Part shown: in pieces, positions 28,323 to 36,720 of the stretch
How positions within the stretch are numbered: the stretch's first letter is position 1
Layout: every line of letters starts with the position of its first letter
DNA from: Candidatus Omnitrophota bacterium
GTDB taxonomy: Bacteria; Omnitrophota; Gorgyraeia; Duberdicusellales; 4484-171
DNA length: 64,000 nt
Reading direction: 5' to 3'
NCBI GenBank assembly: GCA_016935525.1
Contig: JAFGQU010000013.1
Location: 26,523-90,522, forward strand
The notes under the pieces: generated by a model
Seen by the model: only the letters and a program-made list of their open reading frames with translations
Databases searched by the model: none
What the model was told of the DNA's origin: nothing
Translations under genes and position numbers: made by a program

Positions 28323-28991
28323 ATGGTAAATAAGAATTATATTATACGTCTTTCTAATTATCGTCACGCTTTGAACCGGTTTAAAACGTTGGGCTTTATT
28401 AAGGTTTTTTCCGACAATCTGGCTGACGCCACCGGGGTGACTTCATCTCAGGTCCGTAAAGATTTTTCGATCTTCGGGATATCCGGGAACAAAAAGGGGG
28501 GGTATCAGGTCGAACTATTATTGGAACGATTAAATGATATCCTCGGTAAAGACCGGCTTCAACGCGTGATCATCGTGGGTGCCGGTAAAATAGGTAAGGC
28601 GCTTATCAATTATAAAGGATTTGAAAAAGACGGCATAAAAGTTGTCGCCGCTTTTGACGTGAATACGGCTGACCGGGTTCCGGTTGAGATCGATGTCCCG
28701 GTGTATCCTCTGGAGAAATTAAAAAATTACGTGAAGAAGAATAACATTGAAATCGGGGTTATCGCCGTACCGGATAACGCGGCTCAAGGGGTAATGGATC
28801 TTCTGGTAGAGTCGGGGATAAAAGGGGTATTGAATTTCGCGCCGATACGGTTACGTTCCGATACCGATACGATCATCAATAACGTGGATCTGCGTTCGGA
28901 ACTGGAAAATCTCGTTTATTTCGTGAACGCGACCGGGAAATCGAAAGCCAGAAATAATGATAAAGGTAAAAAGAATAGAGAAGAGCAATGA
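28323..28991 (+). CDS. rex: Redox-sensing transcriptional repressor Rex
   Basis: RLS.Y, S..LA...G....QVRKD.S.FG..G....GY winged helix; Rossmann GAGKIG; GIKGVLNFAP. Confidence 0.95.
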   Translation: MVNKNYIIRLSNYRHALNRFKTLGFIKVFSDNLADATGVTSSQVRKDFSIFGISGNKKGGYQVELLLERLNDILGKDRLQRVIIVGAGKIGKALINYKGFEKDGIKVVAAFDVNTADRVPVEIDVPVYPLEKLKNYVKKNNIEIGVIAVPDNAAQGVMDLLVESGIKGVLNFAPIRLRSDTDTIINNVDLRSELENLVYFVNATGKSKARNNDKGKKNREEQ

Positions 28992-30490
28992 GTATCACGC
29001 ATAATAAAAAAAACCTGGAAATTTGGATAAAAAACCGTGTACGTCATGACCAGGTCGATAAGTACCTGCATGATCAGAAAGATTTTATCGATGAGGATAA
29101 GATCTTTACCGCGTTAGAAGCCGGGAAATCTCCGGATGCCGGGTATGTGAGAGATATTCTCAAGAAATCTCTGGCTATCGAAACGCTTAATCTTGATGAA
29201 ACGGCGGCCCTTCTCAACGTGACTGATCCGGACTTGTTAGCTGAGATGAGGCAGACCGCCGCAGCGGTGAAAAAGAAAGTGTATGATAACCGGATCGTCA
29301 CGTTCGCGCCTTTGTATCTTTCTAATTTCTGCGTGAACAATTGTCTTTACTGCGGGTTTCGCAGCGATAACATCCTCGCTCGGCGCCGGACGCTTTCAAT
29401 CGACGAGGTAAAGCGGGAAATCGAAGTCCTGGCCGGTACTATCGGGCATAAACGGCTGATCGTCGTGTACGGTGAACATCCTCAAAGTGATATCGATTAT
29501 ATGGTCGATACTATCGCTGCGATCTATGAGGTGAAGGTGAAGACCAAAAAAGGGGTCGGACAGATCCGCCGGGTGAACGTGAATGCCCCGCCGCTTTCGG
29601 TTGAATCGTTACGGTCTTTGAAGGAAGTCGGAATCGGGACCTACCAGGTGTTTCAGGAGACATACCACCACGATACCTACCGCCGCCTTCATCCTCAAGG
29701 TACGATAAAAGGCGATTACCGTTGGCGCCTTTATTGTATGCATCGGGCGTTTGAGGCGGGTATAGATGATGTGGGTATCGGCGTGTTATTCGGGTTGTAT
29801 GACTGGAAATTCGAAGTGCTGGGACTGGTGACTCACGCCCGTATCCTGGAAGCCCATTGCGGGGTAGGCCCGCATACGGTATCGTTTCCGCGGCTGGAAG
29901 AGGCTACGCATATCCCGTTTACGTTACAGAGTAAGTATCGGGTACGTGACGAAGATTTTAAGAAAATAGTGACGGTATTGCGCTTGGCGATCCCTTATAC
30001 CGGAATGATCCTTACCGCCCGGGAAACCGCGTCGATGCGCCGGGAGACTATTGGCTTGGGAGTGACCCAGATCGACGCGTCAACGCGTATCGGTATCGGA
30101 GCCTATAGCGACCGATCAGAAGAACAGGAAGGACGCCGTCAGCAGTTTTTGCTCGGCGATACCCGCAGTTTAGATGAGGTAATCCGTGAACTGGCCCGTG
30201 ACGGGTATATTACCTCGTTCTGTACCGCGGGATATCGTTGCGGACGGACCGGTGAGTGTATCATGGAATTGCTTAAAACCGGTAAAGAAGGACAGTTCTG
30301 TAAATTAAATGCCATCCTTACTTTTCGCGAATGGCTTGACGATTTCGCTTCAAAACCGACCCAGGATATTGGCGAAGAGATCATCAATAAAGAACTTGAT
30401 GAAGTGAAAAAAAACATACCCGGAATGTATCCTCATTTGGTCGAGTATTATGAGCGGGTAGCTCAAGGCGAACGCGACCTCTATTTTTAA
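28988..30490 (+). CDS. hydG: [FeFe]-hydrogenase H-cluster maturase HydG (radical SAM tyrosine lyase producing CO/CN)
   Basis: FAPLYLSNFCVNNCLYC, IRRVNVN, FQETYH, GIDDVGIG.LFGL, GVGPHTVSFPR, C-terminal auxiliary-cluster motif CX5CX19C (C412/C418/C438), GERDLYF. Confidence 0.92.
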   Translation: MSITHNKKNLEIWIKNRVRHDQVDKYLHDQKDFIDEDKIFTALEAGKSPDAGYVRDILKKSLAIETLNLDETAALLNVTDPDLLAEMRQTAAAVKKKVYDNRIVTFAPLYLSNFCVNNCLYCGFRSDNILARRRTLSIDEVKREIEVLAGTIGHKRLIVVYGEHPQSDIDYMVDTIAAIYEVKVKTKKGVGQIRRVNVNAPPLSVESLRSLKEVGIGTYQVFQETYHHDTYRRLHPQGTIKGDYRWRLYCMHRAFEAGIDDVGIGVLFGLYDWKFEVLGLVTHARILEAHCGVGPHTVSFPRLEEATHIPFTLQSKYRVRDEDFKKIVTVLRLAIPYTGMILTARETASMRRETIGLGVTQIDASTRIGIGAYSDRSEEQEGRRQQFLLGDTRSLDEVIRELARDGYITSFCTAGYRCGRTGECIMELLKTGKEGQFCKLNAILTFREWLDDFASKPTQDIGEEIINKELDEVKKNIPGMYPHLVEYYERVAQGERDLYF

Positions 30491-30587
30491 TTTGAGAGAG
30501 TTGAAAAACATACTATCACGCTATCTGAGTACAATGAGTATAGAATGATCGCGGCGGTATATATATTTTCTCAATAGGATTGATTTT

Positions 30588-31559
30588 ATGGAATATTCTC
30601 GTATTGCACAATTGGAACTGCCGGTTTCAAAAATCGGATTAGGGTGCTGGGCGTTCGGCGGCGATAGCTGGTGGGGGCCGCAGAACGATCACGATTCACT
30701 GGAGGTTCTTGATCAGGCATTAAAAAGTGAGATCACTCTGATCGATACCGCGCCGGTATACGGACGGGGCCGGTCGGAAACTATTATCGGGAATTTCTTG
30801 AGAAAACGCAAGGTAAGAGAGAAAGTCATCCTTGCGACAAAACTGGGGCTGGCTTGGGAAGGGCCGAATATCCTTCATGATTTAAGTGAAAAAAGGATGC
30901 GTCAGGAATTGGATGCATCACGCCGGCGTCTTTGTACCGATTATTTCGATATCTATCAGGTCCATTGGCCTGACCCTAACATCCCGATCGGTGAGACCGC
31001 GCAGGTGATGCATGAGTTTTACCAAAAAGGTATTATCAAAGCGGTGGGGGTAAGTAATTATTCCGTGGACCAGATGGAAGAGTTTATGAAATATTGTCCG
31101 GTCCATAGCCTTCAACCGCAATACAGCATGTTTGTCCGTGACATCGAGCATGAGACCGTACCATTTTGTGTGCGGCACAATATCGCTATTTTTGCGTACG
31201 CGCCGCTGTATAGCGGGCTTTTAACGGGAAAATTCTTTTTGAACGGAGAAAAAATACCCGATGATACCAACCGGAAGATGAAGCGGAAAGATCTGGAAGA
31301 ACCGTTATTTTCCGTGAATCGTGCGATACTCCAGGAATGTAAAGAGATAGCGTGTGGGTACGGGAAATCGCTTACCCAGCTGGTGATCAATTGGACCTCT
31401 CATCAAGAAGGGATCAGTTCGGTCCTGGTCGGTTCGCGCAGCCGTACCCAGATATGCGAAAATGCCGCAGGAGCCGGTTGGGAAATCTCCGAAAGTGATC
31501 AGGCAAAGATCGATACTCTCTTGCGGCAACGGCAGGAAAAAATAAAAAGTTTAAGATGA
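30588..31559 (+). CDS. Aldo/keto reductase
   Basis: IGLGCW, DTAPVYG.G.SE, LATK, YQVHWPD, GVSN, LQPQYS. Confidence 0.92.
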   Translation: MEYSRIAQLELPVSKIGLGCWAFGGDSWWGPQNDHDSLEVLDQALKSEITLIDTAPVYGRGRSETIIGNFLRKRKVREKVILATKLGLAWEGPNILHDLSEKRMRQELDASRRRLCTDYFDIYQVHWPDPNIPIGETAQVMHEFYQKGIIKAVGVSNYSVDQMEEFMKYCPVHSLQPQYSMFVRDIEHETVPFCVRHNIAIFAYAPLYSGLLTGKFFLNGEKIPDDTNRKMKRKDLEEPLFSVNRAILQECKEIACGYGKSLTQLVINWTSHQEGISSVLVGSRSRTQICENAAGAGWEISESDQAKIDTLLRQRQEKIKSLR

Positions 31560-32491
31560 ACATCCTCGTTACCGGGGCGACCGGGTTTATCGGCAGGCAT
31601 CTTGTACGGAATTTAAGCCGGCATACCGAGTATACTATTTTTGGTCTTACCCGTAACCTTAAGAGAATATCCCCGCCGGTTTCAAGTAATATCCAGTATC
31701 TTCAGGGCGATATAACCTGCCGGGAATCTCTGGATGTTCTGGCTCATCGGAATTTCGATATCGTATTTCATTGCGCCGCCTGCGTGGAGAATGCTCCGAA
31801 AGAGGCGTTGTATCGTACTAATGTGCTGGGTACAAAAAATATCTGTGAGTGTGCGCTTAGAGCGAGAGTATCGCGCCTGGTCTATACCAGTTCGGTCGCG
31901 GTAATAAGCGGTAATGATCGGGCGCCGTTTACCGAAGACATGCCTTATCGCGCGACAAATCCTTACGGCGATTCGAAGATAGCGGCCGAAAAAATAGTGT
32001 GGGACTATCGTGAGAAAGGGGTCCCGGCAGCTATTGTGCGTCCGCCGATGGTGTACGGAGCCGATGAACCGCATATGTTAGGGATATTGTTGACTTTGCT
32101 CCGCTTGCGGATGTTACCGTTTTTAAACGACGGAGCTCAAGCGTTTCATCTGGCTTATGTGGAAAATGTAGTCGCGGCGTTGACTTTGGCGGCGACCCAT
32201 GAAGGGTTTTTGGAGGGTACTTATTTTGTCGCCGATGAAGACGTGTTGTCATATAAAGAAGTCGTTACCTTTTTATGTGAAGGGTTAGGAGTAAAAGTCC
32301 CCGGCCGACTGCCGCGTATGTTCGATGGCCTGGTTGATGCGGTTCCGTGTATGAAGAAGAAAAAAGACCGGCTTTTAAGGCCGAGACAATACTGTCTTGA
32401 CCGTATCCACGCCCTCGGATTTAAAGCTCCTTATGCGGCGAAAGAGAGCCTCATCCTGAGCGCCCGTAATTTCACTGGTCGAGCGTCGTGA
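31556..32491 (+). CDS. NAD-dependent epimerase/dehydratase (extended SDR)
   Basis: TGATGFIG, FHCAA, TNVLGT, YGDSK, RPPMVYG. Confidence 0.9.
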   Translation: MNILVTGATGFIGRHLVRNLSRHTEYTIFGLTRNLKRISPPVSSNIQYLQGDITCRESLDVLAHRNFDIVFHCAACVENAPKEALYRTNVLGTKNICECALRARVSRLVYTSSVAVISGNDRAPFTEDMPYRATNPYGDSKIAAEKIVWDYREKGVPAAIVRPPMVYGADEPHMLGILLTLLRLRMLPFLNDGAQAFHLAYVENVVAALTLAATHEGFLEGTYFVADEDVLSYKEVVTFLCEGLGVKVPGRLPRMFDGLVDAVPCMKKKKDRLLRPRQYCLDRIHALGFKAPYAAKESLILSARNFTGRAS

Positions 32492-32545
32492 GTCCTGCCC
32501 GCTCCCGACCTGTCGGGAGGGCTGGCGAGCGTACGTCGAGCGTTT
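32478..32545. repeat. TCGAGCG-type units with nested CTCCCGAC..GTCGGGAG hairpin
   Basis: tcgagcg tcgtgag ... ctcccgacctgtcgggag ... gcgagcg tacg tcgagcg. Confidence 0.45.
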
Positions 32546-32576
32546 TAGGGAACGAAAAAAAGGAAGAGAAAGATCG

Positions 32577-33188
32577 ATGAGCAAGAAAGTGTTTGCGTTT
32601 GATTTAGGGAGGGTCCTTTTCGATTTCGATATCCGTATCGCTCTGCGGGCTTTGGGCAGTACCAGCGAAATGTCCCAAGAGAAGATACTGGAGGCGATTT
32701 ATTATGAGAATTTCGGAGTCGAGTACGAGAAGGGATTAATCACTAATTTCGAGTTTTATAAAAGATTTTCCGACAAGTTCGGGCTTAAAAATAAATACGA
32801 AGACTTTACTGAAGCCTGGTGCGGCATGTTTTCGCCTAAGAATGAGATGATCGAATTTGTCGCAAAGCTCCGCCGGATGTATCCGCTCTATATGATCTCT
32901 AATATCAGCGATCTGCATTTTGAGTATCTGTTTGAAAAATACCGGTACGTCTTTGATTATTTCCGTGGCCTCGTCCTATCGTTTAAAGAGAGATCGGTCA
33001 AACCGGAGGAGAAGATCTATAAAACCCTTGAGACACTCTGCGGGGTTCCTCGGCAGGATATCATCTATATCGATGACCGCCAGGATCTTATTGAGGCGGC
33101 TGAGGGTATGGGGTTCTGTTCTATCCAATTCAAAGATCTCGCCAGATTAATCGAAGATTTAGAAAAAGCAGGAATTGCTCTTCCTTGA
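32577..33188 (+). CDS. HAD-family phosphatase (YihX-like)
   Basis: FDLGRVL, ISN, KP...IY, YIDD. Confidence 0.88.
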   Translation: MSKKVFAFDLGRVLFDFDIRIALRALGSTSEMSQEKILEAIYYENFGVEYEKGLITNFEFYKRFSDKFGLKNKYEDFTEAWCGMFSPKNEMIEFVAKLRRMYPLYMISNISDLHFEYLFEKYRYVFDYFRGLVLSFKERSVKPEEKIYKTLETLCGVPRQDIIYIDDRQDLIEAAEGMGFCSIQFKDLARLIEDLEKAGIALP

Positions 33189-33331
33189 TCAGAAATCCCA
33201 CAATTATTTTAACTTCGTTACACTATAGACCATAGATTAGGCGAGATAACATCTTGTCATTGGAAAAAACGGTTGATATAATAAAAAGAGTACGATTTTT
33301 AAGCAAACATAGAAAATGGAAGGGAGGAAGA

Positions 33332-33715
33332 ATGAAGGTTCCAAATTTACTCGTGTTGTGCGCGTTCATCTTTTCCGGATGTGTGCCGGTGCTGCTGGGA
33401 GCCGGAGCGGTTACCGGGTATATGCTCAGTAATGATTATGCGTTAGGTAATGTGAAGACCGATTACCGTACTTTGTGGGATACGTCTTTAGATACAGTGA
33501 GTACTGCCGAATTCAATATCGTGGAAGCGAACGAATCAAAAGGTATCATTAAAATAAAAGATTCCGATGTCGATGTGACGATCAAGATCGACAGCCTGGC
33601 CGTAGACGAACAACGACTGAAAGTATCTTCGCGGAAATATCTTATCCCGAAACCCGCGTATTCTCAGAAAATATTCTTCCGGATCATTCGTGGGTTAGAT
33701 ATGGAATTAGAGTGA
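33332..33715 (+). CDS. Putative lipoprotein (DUF3568-like)
   Basis: GGAGG RBS, lipobox FSGC, Gly/Ala-rich segment GAGAVTGY. Confidence 0.6.
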   Translation: MKVPNLLVLCAFIFSGCVPVLLGAGAVTGYMLSNDYALGNVKTDYRTLWDTSLDTVSTAEFNIVEANESKGIIKIKDSDVDVTIKIDSLAVDEQRLKVSSRKYLIPKPAYSQKIFFRIIRGLDMELE

Positions 33716-34470
33716 TCAAAAGATTACTTTTTTTGTGTCTGGTTTTTATCGGATGTAGCTCTCCGGTCGATTATTCCCATATAAAAGTCATCGAGGCCAT
33801 TGACGGGGATACCGTGATGTTAGAGAACCGTCACCTGTTGAGGTATATCGGTATCGATACTCCCGAAACGCGTGTTCGTCAGGATGGACGCTGGATTGAA
33901 CAGCCGGCATTGTATGGCCAGGAGGCCAAATCATTTAACCGTGACCTTGTCGAAGGAAAATACGTCCGGGTCGAGTTCGATCTGGAGTCGCAGGATAAGT
34001 ACGGCCGGCTCCTGGGGTATGTATTTGTAGACGATATGTTTGTGAATGAGAAATTGCTTCGGGAAGGGTACGCGGTATTATATACCTATCCGCCTAATGT
34101 GAAATATGTCGACCGTCTGGTTTCCGCTCAACGTGAAGCCCGTCAGACCAATCGCGGCTTTTGGGGAGCTTATGAAATTATAGCGGCTCAGGATGCGTCG
34201 AAATGGTTCGGGCATATCCGTACGGTACGAGGCCGGGTGCAGAACATCTTTCAGTCGGGTAAAGCGGTATTTTTGAATTTTGGGGATAATTGGCGAGATG
34301 ATTTTACCGTGGTCATCTTTAATAACGCGTTTGAATATTTTTATAAACAAAACATACATCCGGTAACATATTATAAAGGGAAAACGGTCGAGGTGACCGG
34401 GCGGATCCGGGAATATAACGGGCCGGAGATCATAGTCAACAGCCCGCAGGAAATTATAATAATAAAATGA
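33712..34470 (+). CDS. Thermonuclease (SNase) lipoprotein with C-terminal OB-fold
   Basis: Lipobox FIGC, IDGDT, RYIGIDTPE, DKYGRLLGYV, AR....GFW; C-terminal FLNFG...F...I...G..V.V.G.I..Y. Confidence 0.88.
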   Translation: MIKRLLFLCLVFIGCSSPVDYSHIKVIEAIDGDTVMLENRHLLRYIGIDTPETRVRQDGRWIEQPALYGQEAKSFNRDLVEGKYVRVEFDLESQDKYGRLLGYVFVDDMFVNEKLLREGYAVLYTYPPNVKYVDRLVSAQREARQTNRGFWGAYEIIAAQDASKWFGHIRTVRGRVQNIFQSGKAVFLNFGDNWRDDFTVVIFNNAFEYFYKQNIHPVTYYKGKTVEVTGRIREYNGPEIIVNSPQEIIIIK

Positions 34471-34474
34471 TTGT

Positions 34475-34557
34475 GGTCACACGACACACGTCACAAGGTC
34501 ACACGTAAAGAAAACAGGTGATTTACCTGTGACGTGTGACTATGTGACTTTGTGACC
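34475..34557. repeat. GTCACA/TGTGAC inverted 7-8-mer array
   Basis: gtcacac gacacac gtcacaag gtcacac ... tgtgacg tgtgacta tgtgactt tgtgacc. Confidence 0.8.
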
Positions 34558-34569
34558 CGAATAAAAGGT

Positions 34570-35325
34570 ATGGACCATAAAAATAAATTCATGTTTATGA
34601 TAGGGTTTCGCTTTGTTCTTGCGCTGTCGCTATTTCTGGGGAGCGGCTGCGTGACGGTCTACAACCCGGCTACCCAGCGTAACGAGATGTATTTTATCAG
34701 TGAAGATTCAGAACTCGCTATGGGTAAAAAACTTGCTGATGAGGTGATCAAAGAAAATAAATTGATCGAGGATAACACTGTGGTCTCAGCTTTACTCCAG
34801 GTGGCGCATGAGATCGCGCGGGTGTGCGACCGGAGTAATCTTACCTATCATTTTTATGTGATAGATAATGAAGAGATGAACGCGTTTGCTCTACCCGGGG
34901 GATACATTTTTGTGCATAAGGGGCTGTTCGATAAAGTAAGCCGTGACGAACTCGCATTTGTCCTGGCTCATGAGATCGGACATGTCAGCGCCCGGCATTC
35001 CGTCAAAAGATTGCAGGCGGCGATGGGAGTCAACCTGCTTTTAAACCTCGCGTTCGGAAATAACGCTCAATCTATGCAGCAGGCGTTAGGGATAGTCTAT
35101 AACGTGGTTTCCAAAGGATATTCCCGGCAGGATGAATATTTAGCCGATACCCTGGCAGTAAAATATACTCATCGGGCCGGGTTTGATCCTTATGCCGGGG
35201 TGAGTTTGATGGAGAAGTTACAAAAAGAAGGGGCCCAGGGGCATCCGTTTGTCTTTTTAAACAGCCATCCTAAGTCGTCCGACCGTATCGCGAATATTCA
35301 GGACAAAATCCTTCAAATCCGGTGA
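34570..35325 (+). CDS. M48 family zinc metalloprotease (BepA/YfgC-like lipoprotein)
   Basis: NAFALPGG, HEIGH, YSRQDE..AD, SHP...R. Confidence 0.9.
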   Translation: MDHKNKFMFMIGFRFVLALSLFLGSGCVTVYNPATQRNEMYFISEDSELAMGKKLADEVIKENKLIEDNTVVSALLQVAHEIARVCDRSNLTYHFYVIDNEEMNAFALPGGYIFVHKGLFDKVSRDELAFVLAHEIGHVSARHSVKRLQAAMGVNLLLNLAFGNNAQSMQQALGIVYNVVSKGYSRQDEYLADTLAVKYTHRAGFDPYAGVSLMEKLQKEGAQGHPFVFLNSHPKSSDRIANIQDKILQIR

Positions 35326-35368
35326 AATTCCTGATATTTTTCTTGAGGCAGGTATGAGTTGAAATAAA

Positions 35369-35397
35369 TTGACGCTTGTATCCTCTTTTGGTATTAT
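35369..35397 (+). promoter_or_regulatory. sigma70-type promoter of the pur operon
   Basis: TTGACG-17 bp-TATTAT with extended -10 TG, 10 nt before the purB ATG. Confidence 0.6.
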
Positions 35398-35407
35398 GTT
35401 TCTTCCT

Positions 35408-36700
35408 ATGATAGCACGATATACCCCCGAAAAGATTGGGAAAATATGGACTGACGAGGAAAAATTCCGCAGATTTCTCGAGATAGAGATCCTGCTCTGT
35501 GAAGCTTTAGAGAAGAACCGGAAAATCCCCGGCGGTGTATCTCGCCGGATACGGAAAAAAGCGAAGATATCGGTAAAAAGGATCCTCCAGATCGAGGAGT
35601 CTACGCATCATGATATTATCGCTTTTCTTAAGGACCTTTCGGCATCGTTAGGGGATGATGCTCAATATCTGCATTGGGGATTGACTTCAAGCGATCTTCT
35701 GGATACTACGCTTGCCTGGCAGATAAAAGATGCGACCGCGGTTATCCTTGCCGATACCGAAAAACTGCTTGCGGCCGTAAAAAAACAGGCCTTGAGGTAT
35801 AAAGATACGCTGTGTGTCGCGCGGACTCACGGGGTCCATGCCGAAATCTATAGTTTTGGCTTGAAATTCGTTTCGTTTTATGACGAGTTGTCCCGTAGCC
35901 ACGAACTTCTGAAAGAGGGGATCGGGCGTATCGCGACCGGAAAAATATCCGGAGCCGTGGGGACGTTTGCGTATCTTGAACCGAAAGTAGAGGAATATAT
36001 CTGTAAAAAACTGGGTATCGGGATATCGCCGGTATCGACCCAGATCGTCTCGCGCGAACGGCATGCCTATTATCTTTCTCTTCTGGCTTTGCTGGCATCG
36101 ACGATAGAACGGTTTTCGACCGAGATCCGGCATTTGCACCGTACCGAGGTGAATGAGGCGAAAGAGCCGTTCTATAAAGGGCAAAAAGGGTCAAGTGCCA
36201 TGCCTCATAAACAGAATCCGATCATCTGTGAACGGATGAGCGGGCTGGCCCGTCTGGTACGCGGGAATATGATGGTTGCGTATGAAAATATCAACCTGTG
36301 GCATGAACGGGATATTTCTCATTCATCGGCCGAACGGGTCATTATCCCCGATGCGACTATTGCTCTTACCTATATGGTAGGCAAATGTATCGAGGTGGTG
36401 AAGAATTTAAACGTGAATCCTCAGAATATGCTTAAAAACATCGAGTTAAATCGCGGATTGATCTATTCTCAGAAGATCCTTTTGACGCTTATGCAGAAAG
36501 GGGTCTCAAGGATGCAGGCGTATGACCTGGTGCAAAGTATCTCGCTTAAGGTCATCAATGATCACTCCGATTTTAAGAAAGAGATCATGGCTGATTCCCG
36601 GATTAAGAAGTATTGCTCGAAACAGGAACTGGAAGATATTTTCGATCCTTACGAATATCTTGCCAATATTGAAAAAATCTACAAACGTGTGCTTGGATAA
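35408..36700 (+). CDS. purB: Adenylosuccinate lyase
   Basis: MIARY, HDIIAF, HWGLTSSD, RTHG.HAE, GSSAMPHKQNP, WHERDISHSS. Confidence 0.96.
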   Translation: MIARYTPEKIGKIWTDEEKFRRFLEIEILLCEALEKNRKIPGGVSRRIRKKAKISVKRILQIEESTHHDIIAFLKDLSASLGDDAQYLHWGLTSSDLLDTTLAWQIKDATAVILADTEKLLAAVKKQALRYKDTLCVARTHGVHAEIYSFGLKFVSFYDELSRSHELLKEGIGRIATGKISGAVGTFAYLEPKVEEYICKKLGIGISPVSTQIVSRERHAYYLSLLALLASTIERFSTEIRHLHRTEVNEAKEPFYKGQKGSSAMPHKQNPIICERMSGLARLVRGNMMVAYENINLWHERDISHSSAERVIIPDATIALTYMVGKCIEVVKNLNVNPQNMLKNIELNRGLIYSQKILLTLMQKGVSRMQAYDLVQSISLKVINDHSDFKKEIMADSRIKKYCSKQELEDIFDPYEYLANIEKIYKRVLG

Positions 36701-36720
36701 GAAAGAACCACCCATTTTCA

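Noticed and set aside
28988-30490. Thiamine biosynthesis ThiH
   Set aside because: It has the C-terminal extension with the CX5CX19C cluster motif typical of HydG, and no thi genes are nearby
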